From the NCBI GenBank assembly GCA_965153355.1, contig OZ231126.1, forward strand, positions 6,634,001 through 6,698,000: a DNA stretch of 64,000 nt. Direction: 5' to 3'. A program made the translations under genes and the position numbers. The notes under the pieces were generated by a model, which made no database searches, was not told where the DNA came from, and saw only the letters and a list, made by a program, of their open reading frames with translations. Shown piece after piece: positions 36,412 to 50,877 of this stretch; the first letter of the stretch is position 1; the number at the start of each line of letters is the position of its first letter. The DNA is from Flaccisagitta enflata (Eukaryota).

Positions 36412-37850
36412 TAACTTAACATGACTTAAAATGACTTAAAATGACTTAGAATGACTTATAATGGCATTTGGGAAGGAGCCCGAAAAGCTTAAAAACGCCA
36501 AAAAAGTAAAAAGGGGACCGACCGACCGACCGACCAACTGACCAACCGACGGACCAACAAAGCGTAGCATGCGACTAAAAATTGGTGATCATTTTGAAGC
36601 TCTGCGTGATCTTTCAAATGAGACGATGCTGGTTGTCCTAGCTTTATCTGTTTAAAAATTGCACTGGGATGAAGTCAGGTTGTCAGGAATTTGAGAATTT
36701 GCTACAGCATTTGCATGTTTTTCGTTTTATCTGTGGTTAATAGAAGTAGGAAAGATAAAAGTTCAGATAGAGAAGAAACTTAACAAGAGGAAAGTGAAAG
36801 AGAAGAAATATAACAAGATGAAAGTGAAAGGTTTAGTTTGAAAGGAGGAAAAATTAGAATAGACAGGCCTAACCAGAGCGGGCTGTGGACCGTCTTAAAA
36901 ATAAGGCTGGGTTAAAGCTTCCATCCCCAATTTATCTCTGGTAAAAATTTTTGAAAAGAGCTCTACATATCATACCTGTCATTCATCAATTGACTAATGC
37001 CAATTGACGAATAACAAATATGAAAGTAAGCATCCCTTCCATTATTAACAAAGAAAAAAGGAAAAAGAAATGTTACGGTGAAAATGAAAGGCGAAATGAA
37101 AAGTTACAGTAAAAGCAAAATTGTACATGAGGATAACAGAATGAAAAAAAAAAAAAAGTGTGAAAATTAGAGAGCAAAAAGCTTAGAAAAGAAAGAGAAA
37201 TGGTGGAAAGGAAAGAATGAACCCTCAGGAGAAGGCTTCTGAAAAGTAAACATCAACTGAAGCCCTCAGTGACCATAAAACAGGTGACCACTGAGAGAAG
37301 AATGGTGAAAGTAAGAGGATTAAGAGGAAGGAATGAAAAATTGACCAATAAGAGGGCAAACAGACACATGAGCACATCAAGTATCATACTGGCAAGAAAA
37401 ATGAGAAAGAGCAATGGAAAAATAAGATAGAAGAGATAGTCAAGATAACTATCAGTTTATAGTTAGAATTATAAAAACAATTATCATAGATCAATAAAAT
37501 AAATTGAATTAAGATAAACCAAATCAAATCTGACAAATTTGAAACAAAAATAAAATAGAATCAGACTAAATCAAACCTAATTAGATTTAAAATATGCATA
37601 CCAGTCTCTAAAGGAGAATGTCCAGACCTCCGAATTCCCACCCATACAGAAGTGCAAAATTCAAAATATTTAGCTAATTTCTAGTTAGTTAACTATTTCA
37701 AATTAATCTATTTTACTAACTCTAAGGAGGGAGGGGAATGGTGTTAACCTTTCAGAGCTAGGCTACATAATAGCATCTAGATGAAAGCAATATAATAAAT
37801 TCAGGCTACATAATAACATCTGAATTTATTATATTGAGCTAGCTAAAAAG

Positions 37851-38460
37851 TTATTGGCTAAGAGTGGTGAATCTCTGAGGGATAATGTCAGGTAATGGTT
37901 GGGAAAAGGAGGGAATTAAGGAGTTGGGAGGGGTACTGACTGGTGAAGTGTTATCTTGAGGGGTGTTAAAAATGCTACTAAACCATACTTGACTATTTAC
38001 AGGAATGCTCCATCTTTCAAATTCAGCTCTATAGTTACCTACCACTAGTCTAAATTCTTTTGCTAATTTATCTATGCTATAGCCTCGATTGATTAGTGTG
38101 TTTCCTAAAAGTCTAACTCTATCTGTGAAATCTGTAATAAATGTACACAACCTTTGGTATCTAAGAATCTGACTATAAAAAACTTTATAACAAATCTTAC
38201 TATCTATGTTACTTTCTATGAAGGGCATTGAAACCACATCAAAGGGGAAGCTATCTGTTTTATTGTACACCCTAGTTCTAAATCTACCTTCTACTATAGT
38301 TACCTGCATATCTAATACAGTCGCCTGGCTATAGTTACCTGCATATCTAATACAGTCGCCTGGCTAAGATCCTCGTTCTCCTGTGATAGTTCTAAACTAG
38401 GTGGATATATATCTCTAGCTAAGTCTCTAAAATTATCCAGATTGTTTGTTGTAACATAGA
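37851..38460 (-). pseudogene. 5'-truncated Penelope-like retroelement RT fragment (C-terminal RT/thumb, Naiad/Chlamys-like)
   Basis: DIYPPSLEL..ENE...ATVLDMQVTIVEGRFRTRVYNKTDSFPFDVVSMPFIESNI...YSQILRYQRLC...F..R...L...L..RGY matches PLE RT C-terminal motifs. The frame is broken by a 35-bp tandem duplication (38294-38363); no GIY-YIG downstream. Confidence 0.75.
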
Positions 38461-41400
38461 AACTAAACGCATTGAGTGAAGAATTCGCCCTTGGCGCCAT
38501 TTTGAAGAAAATTCGAAGTTCTTTAATTTGCTCATGGAAATCAAGTAGCTGTGACAATTCTGAATTGCATCATTAAGAAAAACGTTGAGACAAACATTGC
38601 TAACAGAAAAAAACAAAAAAACAAAACAAAACAATATTTGCCCTTTTTCCAATCGGTGATATTTTTCTTCAAACCTATGCCATTTCTAAACAAATACAGC
38701 TACAGCTACCAGACACGACTCAAATGAAAGATCTTTCAAAGGGCTTTCCAGGCACACAGCCAAACTTGGACAACCTTAAGGTCGCACGTGCGACATCCAT
38801 TCATTTCAATGTTAAATAGGAAGTCACCCATAACTCGAAGCAAGTTGTGTGACAATCTGTGTGACATTCTGGTGGACATTTTGTGCGACATTGTGTGTGA
38901 CACATTGCCTTTAAGAGAGCGATGGAGCGACATCTCACTTGAGCTCTCCAAATAATGCCCCATGACCTCAGCACTAACACTAGAGGGCGGTGCTATATGT
39001 GTTGGGACCCATAAAGTGACGATATCATCCAAACTCGACAACCAAACCTTGGTGGTACATCATTCCTAACTGTCCAGACCCCCACCTGGGTATGAATTCC
39101 CCCTAAAGGGTCGGCGCATCATGGATACATATCATTACCACTTGACTACTGATTTTTGAGGAAAAAAAGGTCTTTTTTTCTTCATATCGGTTCTTTTAAA
39201 CTAATATTGCATACAAGAAAGACCTTAAGATCATTTCAAGAGGAGTGACTGAGATGAGCAACGTACACTTGTACAGTGCAATGTTGAACTATGTCTACAT
39301 CTTTAAGATTGCTGCGAGTTGCTGCAATTTTACTATGATCTTGCAGCAAATTGCGGCAAATCACCAAAATTTTGGGGAAAAAAAGAAAAAAATTTCCGGA
39401 GGTTGATGATTAGTGCCCTTGTGATATTCTCAGTTGAAATATGTATTATCAGCTTTTTAATATCCAAATTAATACCCTAGCATTTATAGCAGTAGCATGC
39501 AGCAAATCATATTTTATGCGATTACGCAACTAAAAATAGAAACAGATCAGCCGCAAACTACCTAGATGAAAGATGAGAAACTTACGAGAGTAATGCTGTC
39601 TTGGAGTTGGATGAAAAGTGATGTGAGAATAAACTACTCTACTTTACATGACACTTTAAGAGTAGTCGCAAAAGCGTTAGATGGTCAGCGATACCTGTGC
39701 CCTGCTGAAATAGGTTGTGGTTAAAGTTTAAGGGGGAACAGGGCAGCAACCTCAAAGGGGTCGATGACCTATGCTTTCACCTATGGGGGATTTTTTACTC
39801 TTTCTCCTTCTCCTCCTCCCCTCTCCCCAATCTCAGCATCAAGGCTCAATTCCCGGCCTTGAGGTTCAAAATCCCAGCCTTGCAGCGTAAATCTCATCCT
39901 TGAGGCCCAAATCACTCTTTGGGATTCAAGGATGGGATTTGGGCCTCGAGGCAGAGATTTGGGCCTCAAGACTGGGATTTGGGTCCCAAAGCTGGGATTT
40001 GGGCTTCAAAGCTGGGATTTGGGCCCCAAGGCTGGGATTTGGGCCCCAAGGCTGGGAATTGGGCCTTGAGGCTAGGATCTGAGTCAGAGGGAGGTTTTAA
40101 TGGCCCAAGACTAGGATTTGGGCCTCAAGGCTGGGATCTGGGCCTCAAGGCTGGTATCTGGGCCTCAAGGCTGGGATATGGGCCTCAAGGCTGGGATATG
40201 GGCCTCAAGGCTGGGATTTGGGCCTCAAGGCTGGGATTTGGGCCTCAAGGCTGGGATTTGGGCCTCAAGGCTGGGATTTGGGCCTCAAGGCTGGGATTTG
40301 GGCCTTGAGGCTAAGATCTGAGTCAGAGGGGGGATGGATGGAAGAGGAGGAGGAGGAGAAGGAGGAAAAAATCCCCAATATGTGTGAAAGCTTAGGTCAT
40401 CGACCCCTTTGGGGCCGCTGCCCTGCTTCCTCCTCAACTTCAACGACAACCTACTTAGGCATGACACGGGTACCGCTGACCATCTAACGCTTTTACGACT
40501 ATTACGTTTTACTTTATCAGCGTTTACGGCGTTTTTTTTCTTTTCTGCCCTTGCCCCAATGCAAGAGTACAGTTGAACCCCACTCTTACAGGCCGGCCAC
40601 TAACGGTATTTCATCTACAATGGATGCAACTTCTTAGTCTGTTCAACTTGTTTCTTGTTATTTCCTGAATGACTTAAACAGAATTACATTAAAGGTTAGA
40701 AAGTCGCTTGAAATCCGTAGGAGCGTGATTTAACTGTAGTCTTTCTAGTTGACACGCAACTCTATAAGAGGCTTTGTCCGTTCGTCGGTCCGTCAGTCCG
40801 TCCGTTGGTCCGTCCGTCAGCACGAGTCAAAAAGTGGGAAAACGCGCATATCCGCCCCTGCCCACCTGTCCGCAACTGGTGGCCGTTTACCCGGCCTTGT
40901 TTTATCATTGCCCATATCCACCCGCCTTGGGTAGCCATGTATCTGGCCTTGGTTTTCCCGACAGGTTTCTTAAAGAATCCCATCATAATCATTTTACACC
41001 CCAGAGATGCCCTTGAAGCTAATGCTACTATTTACTAACTTAGACAAGTCTTACACCCTTAATTTTCCAGACCCCATCCTCAATATTTTCTTTGTCTTTT
41101 TTATGTGCACCCGTAAGAAGTCTGTCTGTCTGTCTGTCTATCTGTCACACAAACATTAAAACCCTGCAAAAAAGATGATTCCGACGTCTTTCTTCATTCC
41201 CAATACCTTTCACGCCAATATCTTTCATTTTCCTTCAGTCATTCATTCACTTATTATTATATTCATTCAGAACCGCTCATTCATCGAAAAGTTCATTCAT
41301 TCATTCTTAACCAGCGAGGCACATATATTGGTCATGACTTGACACGCGACTTCACCTTGCCGTGTCGCTCGGTAGGTCGATAGGTCGGTCCGTCCGTCCA

Positions 41401-41760
41401 TCGCATTTTTAGGTGCGACAAAGCACCTCTATAACTGCTTGTGTCCGTTGGTCGGTTGGCTGGTCCGTTGATCGGTTGGCTGGTCGGTTGATTGGTAGGT
41501 TGGTCGGTCGGGTAACGCATTCGTTCGACGGTCCACACGTCGCACCTTACTGGCCTACTTGGCCTTGTTGAATTCCATGCGGTTTTTGCATTGCTGCTCC
41601 TGCCAAACCGTCCGCGACTAAATTGCCGTGAATCTATCCTAAGTTTGAGAGCATTTTTCTTTTGCCCTATGTTTTAAGAGGTTAAACGACCATTCAGGAG
41701 CAACAGAGAAGTGCAACTGGTGGCTGTTTATACCATGAGAGGGACAGCGGCTCCAAAGGG

Positions 41761-42686
41761 GAGATAGTCCGCCAGCGAATTTGGGGGTGTTCATCAACGG
41801 GGAATGAACGCATGTTGCTGAACAATGCCATAGAGCTGTTCATGAACGACTAAAAAGAGGCTCTTGGCAAACGATTTTGTTCATGGAGGGCCCAAAAAGA
41901 CCTGTTCGTGAACGACCGTTCATTGAGGGGTAAAAAAAGCCGTTGCTGAACAGGTAAAAAAAAAGACACTCCACCAATGGTTTTGTTGGTGGAGTGGGTT
42001 TTTTACCTGTTCATGACACATGCTCATCTGGCTGTTAAAGAACAGCAAAAAAAAGTTTTTTGATAACAGTTTTGAGCATCTAGTTTAATCTAACAAAGAG
42101 TTCATTAAGAAAACTTTTTTGACTCTTCATGAATGGCTGGGTTAAAAGACATTTTGTTAGAGATGAGGTGATCTTAGGACTATGTTCATCAATACTGATT
42201 TTTGGCCGTTCATGAATAGCAAAATTTCATTGAGTGGATAAAAAATCCAGTGATTGAGTAGACCTTTTATGGGCACATATAAAAGAGATTTTTTTGCCAT
42301 AAATGGATTAGACTTGACACTAGCTTCATAATTCTTAAACCATAAATGATGCTTATCTGGCTGTTCATGAAATACCAAATTTTACCTTTTGATGTACAGT
42401 TTTGTTCATTGAGTAGATGAGTATTAAAGTGAAGACTGAAGATAATACACATTGAGTATGAAGATATTTTGTCATAAGTGGAGTTAATTACCACTCCACC
42501 AACAAAATCATTTGTGGAGTGGATTTTTTAGCCGTTCATGAACGCGCTTTTTATGGCCCTCTTTGAACAAAACCGTTGGGCAAAGGTCTCTTTCATTGTG
42601 TTCATCAACACCTGTATGGCATTGTTGCTGAACAGGCGTTCATTCCCCGTTGCTGAACGCACCCAAATTCGCTGGCGGACTACCTG
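41761..42686. mobile_element. Non-autonomous hAT-type element (926 bp)
   Basis: Long TIRs ..TAGTCCGCCAGCGAATTTGGG / CCCAAATTCGCTGGCGGACTACCTG; 8-bp TSD CCAAAGGG (41753-41760, 42687-42694); GTTCATGAAC-like subterminal motifs. Confidence 0.85.
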
Positions 42687-43009
42687 CCAAAGGGACTGAT
42701 GACCTTTGCTTGGGTTATGAGAAATCATGGAAAATAGCAGTCTCAGGGCGCGTTTCCAGCCACAGACAAGCATGTTTTGAACAGGCCACTCGGTCGCTTG
42801 CTACATTCGTTCGCTCGCACCACTCACTCTCTCTGCTCTACCCCGCACCGCTCCTTTTGTTCTCTCCATTCACGGGCTCGCTCACTCACTTTGCTCACTC
42901 CCTTGTGAAATAGTTGAAATTCATAAATATGTGTTCACACTGTAATCACGTTCAATGGGAACAAACGCGTTTTTGGTCGTTAAAAGAGACCTAAAGATGC
43001 GACGATGTA

Positions 43010-43407
43010 CCACGTGGATAAGAAAAATACGCACCTATTTATTCATAGATAAAAAAGATATAAAACCAAATCGATTTTCAGTCAAAACATTTTTAAAGAT
43101 TTTTAAAAAAATTCTGATTCAAGACCAATCCCAGATCTGTATCTCAAATGATTTAGGAGCTAGAGCTCTGACAAGACAAGCATTATTTTGCTAAAATGCA
43201 TCTTTTACTTAGTGATTGCGAAACTGAAATGGAAATGTTTTCATTTATTCTAATGCCATTTCTAAACAAAAAAAGAAATACCAGAGTGCGCCAAATGAAT
43301 GTGCATTTAAAGAGCTTTAAAACAATCTAAGATTTTACTTACTTATCTTAAGATTCAGAAGCAATATCAGCTATTTAAAAGTGCGTCTTTTTTCTTGATA
43401 CGCGTGG
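43010..43407. mobile_element. TA-flanked MITE, same family as 12628-12962
   Basis: TA|CCACGTGGATAAGAAAAATACGCAC ... GTGCGTCTTTTTTCTTGATACGCGTGG|TA; shared internal ATGCCATTTCTAAAC..GAAATACCAGA. Confidence 0.75.
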
Positions 43408-44652
43408 TATATGAGAAGCAAAATTTAAATTGCCTGTCCACCCCTTAACTTGATCAGTGAGACAAAGATACCACAAAAAGTTTGACAAGCTAGAAGTTTG
43501 TCAAAATTTCCACTCATATCTCGCAGAGGCACAGACAAAATGGGCACAAAGAAAAACTGACAAATGGGAAAATTGTACGTTGATTTGTCTATCAGTATCT
43601 GTTGTAATCGCCAATTTGGCCTTTTTTTTCCTTAGTTTCATAGAAAAACGAAGTTAGGCAAGTCAAAGAATCAGAAAGAAGATTGAAATCATAGTTGCAG
43701 AATTGCGACTCTATAACAGGTTTTGTCAGTCCATCGGTCTGTCAGGTTTTCTGTTGGTCTGTTTGTCCATCAATCAATCCATAATGATTGAGTCAAAAAG
43801 TGTAGAGATGAGCAACGTTACCCTGCCTGAGTATATGGGAGTGGAAGGGGGTGTGAAAAGGATTTATACGCCCTTGCCCACCCATCCACAATGATATTGT
43901 AAAGCAGCATTATTTGTTTTGTTTAAAAATCCAGTCTCAAAATTCATTCAATAGTCCCACCGGAATAGAATGAATGAATGAACTAACAAGACCGGATACA
44001 TGGCCAAAAGCAGTCGCAGCCAGGTGGGCACGGGCGAGAATGCGCGTTTTCAACTTGAGCGTGACAGACAAACGGACCAACCGACGGACCGACCGACGGA
44101 CAAAGCCTCTTATAGAGTCGCTTGTCCACGACTAAAAAGTAAAAAACAAACTTAAAAAAAAACAATGAATGAATAGATAATTGAACAACTGCCCCAGGGT
44201 TACAATACCATCATGGACAGAGCAAAAATGCCATTTTACACTTTTGGTTTATGGACCCTCAAATCGACAGACATAGCCTCTTATAGAGATTGAAAGACAT
44301 GTGAAGAGGTAAAGAGGCTGAAAAGATTTCAAAGTTCTACCCTGTTGACCAAAGAAAAAAGACTGTGGGAATCAATCTTAAGCAATGCAAAAAGGTTAGC
44401 ATGAAGGAAAAACGCTTGGTTTGTTCATTGTCATAGTCGTCCTCCTCTTCCTCCTCCTCCTCCTCCTCCTCCTCTTCCTCTTGATTTACACTTTTTTAAA
44501 TTTTTAAAAACTTTTTTTAATCTTTAAAGACTTTCTTAATCTTCTCATAATAAACAGCAATAGCTCAGTAGCAAGATATAAACCCAAAAGTTTCAACTTT
44601 ACACCTCCCTCTACTAACACTGATCGTTCATGATTCTTGGAATGGGAGGTTG

Positions 44653-44776
<124 letters not shown>

Positions 44777-46622
44777 GAGATAGAGAGAAAGAGAGAGAGA
44801 CATAGAGATAGAGAGAAGAGAGAGAGACATAGAGATAGAGAGAAGAGAGAGAGACATAGAGATAGAGAGAAAGAGAGAGAGACATAGAGATAGAGAGAAA
44901 GAGAGAGAGAGACATAGAGATAGAGAGAAAGAGAGAGAGAGACATAGAGATAGAGAGAAAGAGAGAGAGAGAGAAAGAGTGTTTGTTAGGACCAGACTAT
45001 TTATATTTTCCATTTCATATCTTATATTTTATATTTTATATTTTAAATTTTTTTCATATTTCCATTTTATATTTTCCATTTATATTTACCAGACTATTTA
45101 TATTTTCCGTTTGAAGCAGTTACAATTGTTGATTTGAATTTATTGAAGGTAGCTTTTATCTTCTTCATTTTGTCTGTTTTCCTATCCATCGGTCTATTTG
45201 TATTGCCGCTCACTCTTCCCCTTCCCACAGACTTGGCTTTTTTTCTAGATGCGCCAACGCACCTACTTAAGCATTTGTGTTCGTAGGTTGGTTGTTTACG
45301 CTAACCTTTGATGATCCACCTATTGGCCTACACTTTGTTTAATTGGGTGCTGCGCGACTCTTCACTCCACTTTGTTTTTGCGGTCTATGGCCTCACTGAT
45401 ACTGCCCTAATGAGCAATTGACCTCAAATACAGCCACTGCCCACCCGCATGCGACTGGGGTAGCCGTGTACCCGGCCTTGTTTATAGACCCAGCCAAGCC
45501 CAGCCTCAAATATTTTATGAATTTAAGCAAATTGCTGAGCATGCTCCTGGCTGAAATTTCTAATTTTGAAAACAATTACAGTAAATTTAAGAAAAAATAC
45601 CAATGTTTAGGTATTATTTTTCAGAATCTTACAAAAATCAGTATTTGTCAAAGATGTTTTCAACCTCATACTAAATTATTAGCTGAACATGCTTAACCTT
45701 CAGAGTTTTCAGGATTTTGATATTGACAGTAGTATTCAAATTTCTTGTTATAACAATATCAATGCTTAGATACTATTATTTATAAGAATTTATTTACTAT
45801 TGTTTATGAGAGCTCATCTCTGTTCAAAAATCAAAGGAAGAACAAAAAAATAGAAATACATCAAAACATTGAAACTCACTTCTAAAAGATTTGTCTTAGT
45901 TCAAGATAATAATTTTATACCATTATCATAACATTACTTTGTACGAAGCTCGATTCGCTATGACAAATTTTAGGGGTAAAATTTTTTTATCAAATGACCA
46001 TTCCATATCAAAACTTGACCACAATCTATTGAATCACAGTCTATACTGATGTTTAAAACCAAAAACTGGCCCATTTTTGCATTTCGCATAGTCGTCACCC
46101 CAACCTGAATTTAGAGCCTTTTATCTCATTTGCAATTGTGGATAAATCAATTTTATAGGAAACAAGGCTGGATACACGGCTATCCCAGTCGCATGCGGGT
46201 GGGCAGGGGCCATATTTGAGGTCAGTGGAGCATTTGGGAGGGAGCGGTAAAGCCAAAAACCCAATAAACACTAAAAAAGTAAAGTGTGAGGACGGATGGA
46301 TGGACGGATAGACTGACGGACAGACAAAGCGGGTGTAGTTGCGTAGCACGTGACTAAAAACGCCAGGAATAGCCGGGCCAGAAATAATCATACGAAGGAC
46401 ACAAATGGCGTTACTCAGGAGGAAAACATAGTGGGAATAGGTCAAACTAGGGCCAACATACCTTCATCCCCCGGTTTGATGATGAGTATGGAGTATGGAG
46501 CTTTTAATTCCTTTGTTGCTATCTCTATCTCTTATTCAGTTAATTTATATGTGGTAATCTCTCTCTCATCCGAGTTAATCTAAAAATAGAAAAAGAAATG
46601 CTATTCTTCATTTTTTTTAACC

Positions 46623-47003
<381 letters not shown>

Positions 47004-47810
47004 TCCTTTGCTATGAAAATAAAGAGGCAGGATGCATCTTTCACAGGTTGTCTGGATGGTTGCGAAGAAAGTCACACAGAATGTCACACACAATGTCGCA
47101 CAGTATGTTGCACAAAGTGTCACACAAGATAACCGTCTCAAAAGTTGAGTTTATGCATTTGTGTGACATGTCGCACGGGCGACATTAAGGTCAGCTTTAC
47201 TATCAGGAAGTTTGGCTGTGAGGCATCCCCAATTTCAATCCATTTCACTTAAGTTTCGGTTTGAGAGAATGGTATTAAAAATTCGCCATTTTTTATGTCC
47301 CCAAGGTTAAGTTTGCAAGGTATTTCCCGTGAAAATTCATTACCAGTTGAATGTTTCCGTTTTTTCCCTATTGAATACTTGTCGAGTTGTTTATCATTTG
47401 AAGGTAACAGTCCAATCTAATTGCAAGGTACTCAAGAAGTACGAGGGGAGAGCTCCTGCTAGTTTACTTTATTTGAAAATAGGCGCACTTGCGGAAGTAA
47501 AATATAACCATTATTCCATAGGTAACTTTGTCAGGAAGAAGGAATGCCAGTTCAGAATGAATAAGGATGACAGAAGTGCAGAATCATGATTTCAGGGCGG
47601 GAAGGAAATCCCATATTAGTCACGGTCTGCGGAAGCCCGGATTATAAGATAAAGGGCCAGAACTAATTCAAGACTCCACTACTTATTTTTTTTTTATTTC
47701 CATTATCTCAGTCTCATCGACAAAGTTTTCGATCTATATTTACGGTGGTTCCTGTCGCTCTCCAGTTTAAGGCGTCTTTTTAAGACGAGAAAAAAATTCC
47801 CTATTTGCTA

Positions 47811-48358
47811 CAGGGTGATTCTTTTTAAGTGGGGGAAAGTGTTAGGACATAAAATTTGTATGATGCAATTTTGAGATTAATCAAAATCAGTTAATAATTA
47901 TAAACTACTTGACATCTTTCATTCAAGAAAGAAAAAATATTTTTGACTTCAATTTAGCTTAGTCGACCATTTTCAAATCATGAGGTTTACACAATTTTTT
48001 TACAAAAGTGAATTTCTAAGTTTTGAACAGAAATTATTTATTTTGTTAAAATGTTGAGCACCTGTTCATTTGTATCACTAATTTCAATATCTAAACTTCT
48101 ACTTCTATCTAAAAATAGTTTTTCACTTGGATTTTGTAATTTCAGCTTGAATCACATAAACAAAAGTATAAAAAACCTTGATTTTAATGAAATTCTAGTT
48201 TTGATGAAAACGCAAATACAATTTATCAAAAAAAATTTTTCCTCTTTTAATATATGTCAAGTAGTTTGTAATTATAAACTAATTTTTGTTCATCCTAAAA
48301 TTTCATAATTGAAATTTAATGCCTTAATACTTTCTCCCACTTAAAAAAAATCACCCTG
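47811..48358. mobile_element. Tc1/mariner-type MITE
   Basis: TA|CAGGGTGATT.TTTTTAAGTGGG.GAAAGT ... ACTTTCTCCCACTTAAAAAAAATCACCCTG|TA. Confidence 0.85.
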
Positions 48359-49097
48359 TACATTGGTCATTTCATTATTAGATAGTCGCAAAAGCGTTGG
48401 ATGGTCAGTGGTTCCGATAGCCTGCCTTTGTAGGACCTATACTTTCGCTTATGAAGAAAATTTTCCATCTCCCTCTCCCTCTAGTTGTTAGGATTCGGGA
48501 CTTTGGGCAGATATTTAGGCCTTTGGGCTGGGATTTTGGCCTTGAGGCTGGGATGTGGGCTTTGGGGCTGGAATTCAATTTGGGTAACGAGGCTGGGATT
48601 TGGGCTTCAGGGCCGAAATTTTGGCCTTGAGGCTGGGATAAGGATTTCAAGATGGGGATTTAGGTCTCGAGGCCAGGGGCGGTGGATGGACAGACTTAGA
48701 GATCATCGACACTAGCTAAAAACCAATTGGTTATCAAAAGTTTCGTTTCCCTTAAATGTCTTCTTATGATTTTCGACATCTTCACTGCTTAATGGTGTTG
48801 CCGCCATGCCATTTCCATTCCGTTTCTTCATTATGCAGCAGACTGTAAGACATGCTTTTTGAAATTTGGTTCCCACTCAGTCTCAGTCTACATATGTCAC
48901 TGATATATATGACATGCTTATTAACAAAGCATTTATAAATGAATGAATGAATCAATGAGTGAATGAATAAATGAGTGAATGAATGAATGAATGAATGAAT
49001 GAATGAATGAATGAATGAATGAATGAATGAATGAATGAATGAATGAATGAATCAATGAATGAATGAATAAGGGAATGAGTTAATGAATGAAAAAATG

Positions 49098-50532
49098 ATA
49101 TGAAAGTCGGACAACATTACTACTCAACCCTACCTTACTTAAGGATAAGAGCCTTTGGAGCTCTCACTGGTGTTTAATCCGGACCCATCACAACTATCCT
49201 TATTAATGAAAAACAACCAAGTGTATCCTTACATTATGATGAAATTGTTCAAAAAAAACCATCCAACCAAACAGAAAAAAACCAATAATTTTAAGCTGTT
49301 TGCTACAAGTGCCAATGACAAGAAAGAGTACCAGATGAGTGTGCTGAACCGGTGGGTCCTAATCCAAAGTCCTTCACATCCATCCGATCTTCCCATTGTA
49401 AAAGGCTCATGCAACCCACAACTTAAAATCAAAATTTTTCCACTGATTGTGACCATTTTCTCAAACATTCCATGTCAACCCAAAATAAAAAGATGCAAAG
49501 TAGTCAGCATATCCCTATTATTTATAGCAAACAAATTACCAAATGATTATGTAGCTATCCAAGGATAATCTAGATATCAAAGGCAATGTTGTTAAAAACC
49601 ATACCATTAGAGGCAAGAATCGAGAATCAACCATATGGGATCGCCGGCATTCTATACCATGGTACTGAAATATATGAAAGTCGGACAACATTACTACTCA
49701 ACCCTACCTTACTTAAGGATGAGAGCCTTTGGAGCTCTCACTGGTGTTTAATCCGGACCCATCACAACTATCCTTATTAATGAAAAACAACCAAGTGTAT
49801 CCTTACATTATGATGAAATTGTTCAAAAAAAACCATCCAACCAAACAGAAAAAAACCAATAATTTTAAGCTGTTTGCTACAAGTGCCAATGACAAGAAAG
49901 AGTACCAGATGAGTGTGCTGAACCGGTGGGTCCTAATCCAAAGTCCTTCACATCCATCTGATCTTCCCATTGTAAAAGGCTCATGCAACCCACAACTTAA
50001 AATCAAAATTTTTCCACTGATTGTGACCATTTTCTCAAACATTCCATGTCAACCCAAAATAATAAGATGCAAAGTAGTCAGCATATCCCTATTATTTATA
50101 GCAAACAAATTACCAAATGATTATGTAGCTATCCAAGGATAATCTAGATATCATAGGCAATGTTGTTAAAAACCATACCATTAGAGGCAAGAATCGAGAA
50201 TCAACCATATGGGATCGCCGGCATTCTATACCATGGTACTGAAATATATGAAAGTCGGACAACATTATTACTCAACCCTACCTTACTTAAGGATAAGAGC
50301 CTTTGGAGCTCTCACTGGTGTTTAATCCGGACCCATCACAACTATCCTTATTAATGAAAAACAACCAAGTGTATCCTTACATTATGATGAAATTGTTCAA
50401 AAAAAACCATCCAACCAAACAGAAAAAAACCAATAATTTTAAGCTGTTTGCTACAAGTGCCAATGACAAGAAAGAGTACCAGATGAGTGTGCTGAACCGG
50501 TGGGTCCTAATCCAAAGTCCTTCACATCCATC
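49098..50532. repeat. 574-bp unit in 2.5 near-identical tandem copies, abutting a (GAAT)n tract
   Basis: ATATGAAAGTCGGACAAC at 49098, 49672 and 50246; only a few substitutions between copies. Confidence 0.92.
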
Positions 50533-50746
50533 GTAACATTTTTCCTTTTTGTAAGAAACAAGTTAGTAAGAACTGCTAATTTTCTCCCTATTTTTAGTCG
50601 CAAAATTTCTATGCATCACTGCCCCTGCTTATCCACATCACAGCCCCTGTTCTTCCATGTGCACCCTCAGAATGCCCCTACCCACAAGCAAGCGATTACT
50701 AATTTGCCGTGTGTCCTGCCTTGTTTAAAAACCTCATGAAAGGATT

Positions 50747-50781
<35 letters not shown>

Positions 50782-50877
50782 AGGCAAAGTAGGCTGTCAC
50801 AGGCGCAGAGAGAGAGAATGGAATATAAAAAGTGATAAGTGAAAAGTCTGTCTCTCTCTCTTTTGCTGTACCAATTT

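Noticed and set aside
49155-50536. Repeated 137-aa, 79-aa and 64-aa ORFs in the 574-bp array; also a SECIS or hammerhead within the unit
   Set aside because: The ORFs recur only because the DNA is duplicated and have no recognisable motifs; no complete CUGAUGA/GAAA core or SECIS helix could be paired by eye.
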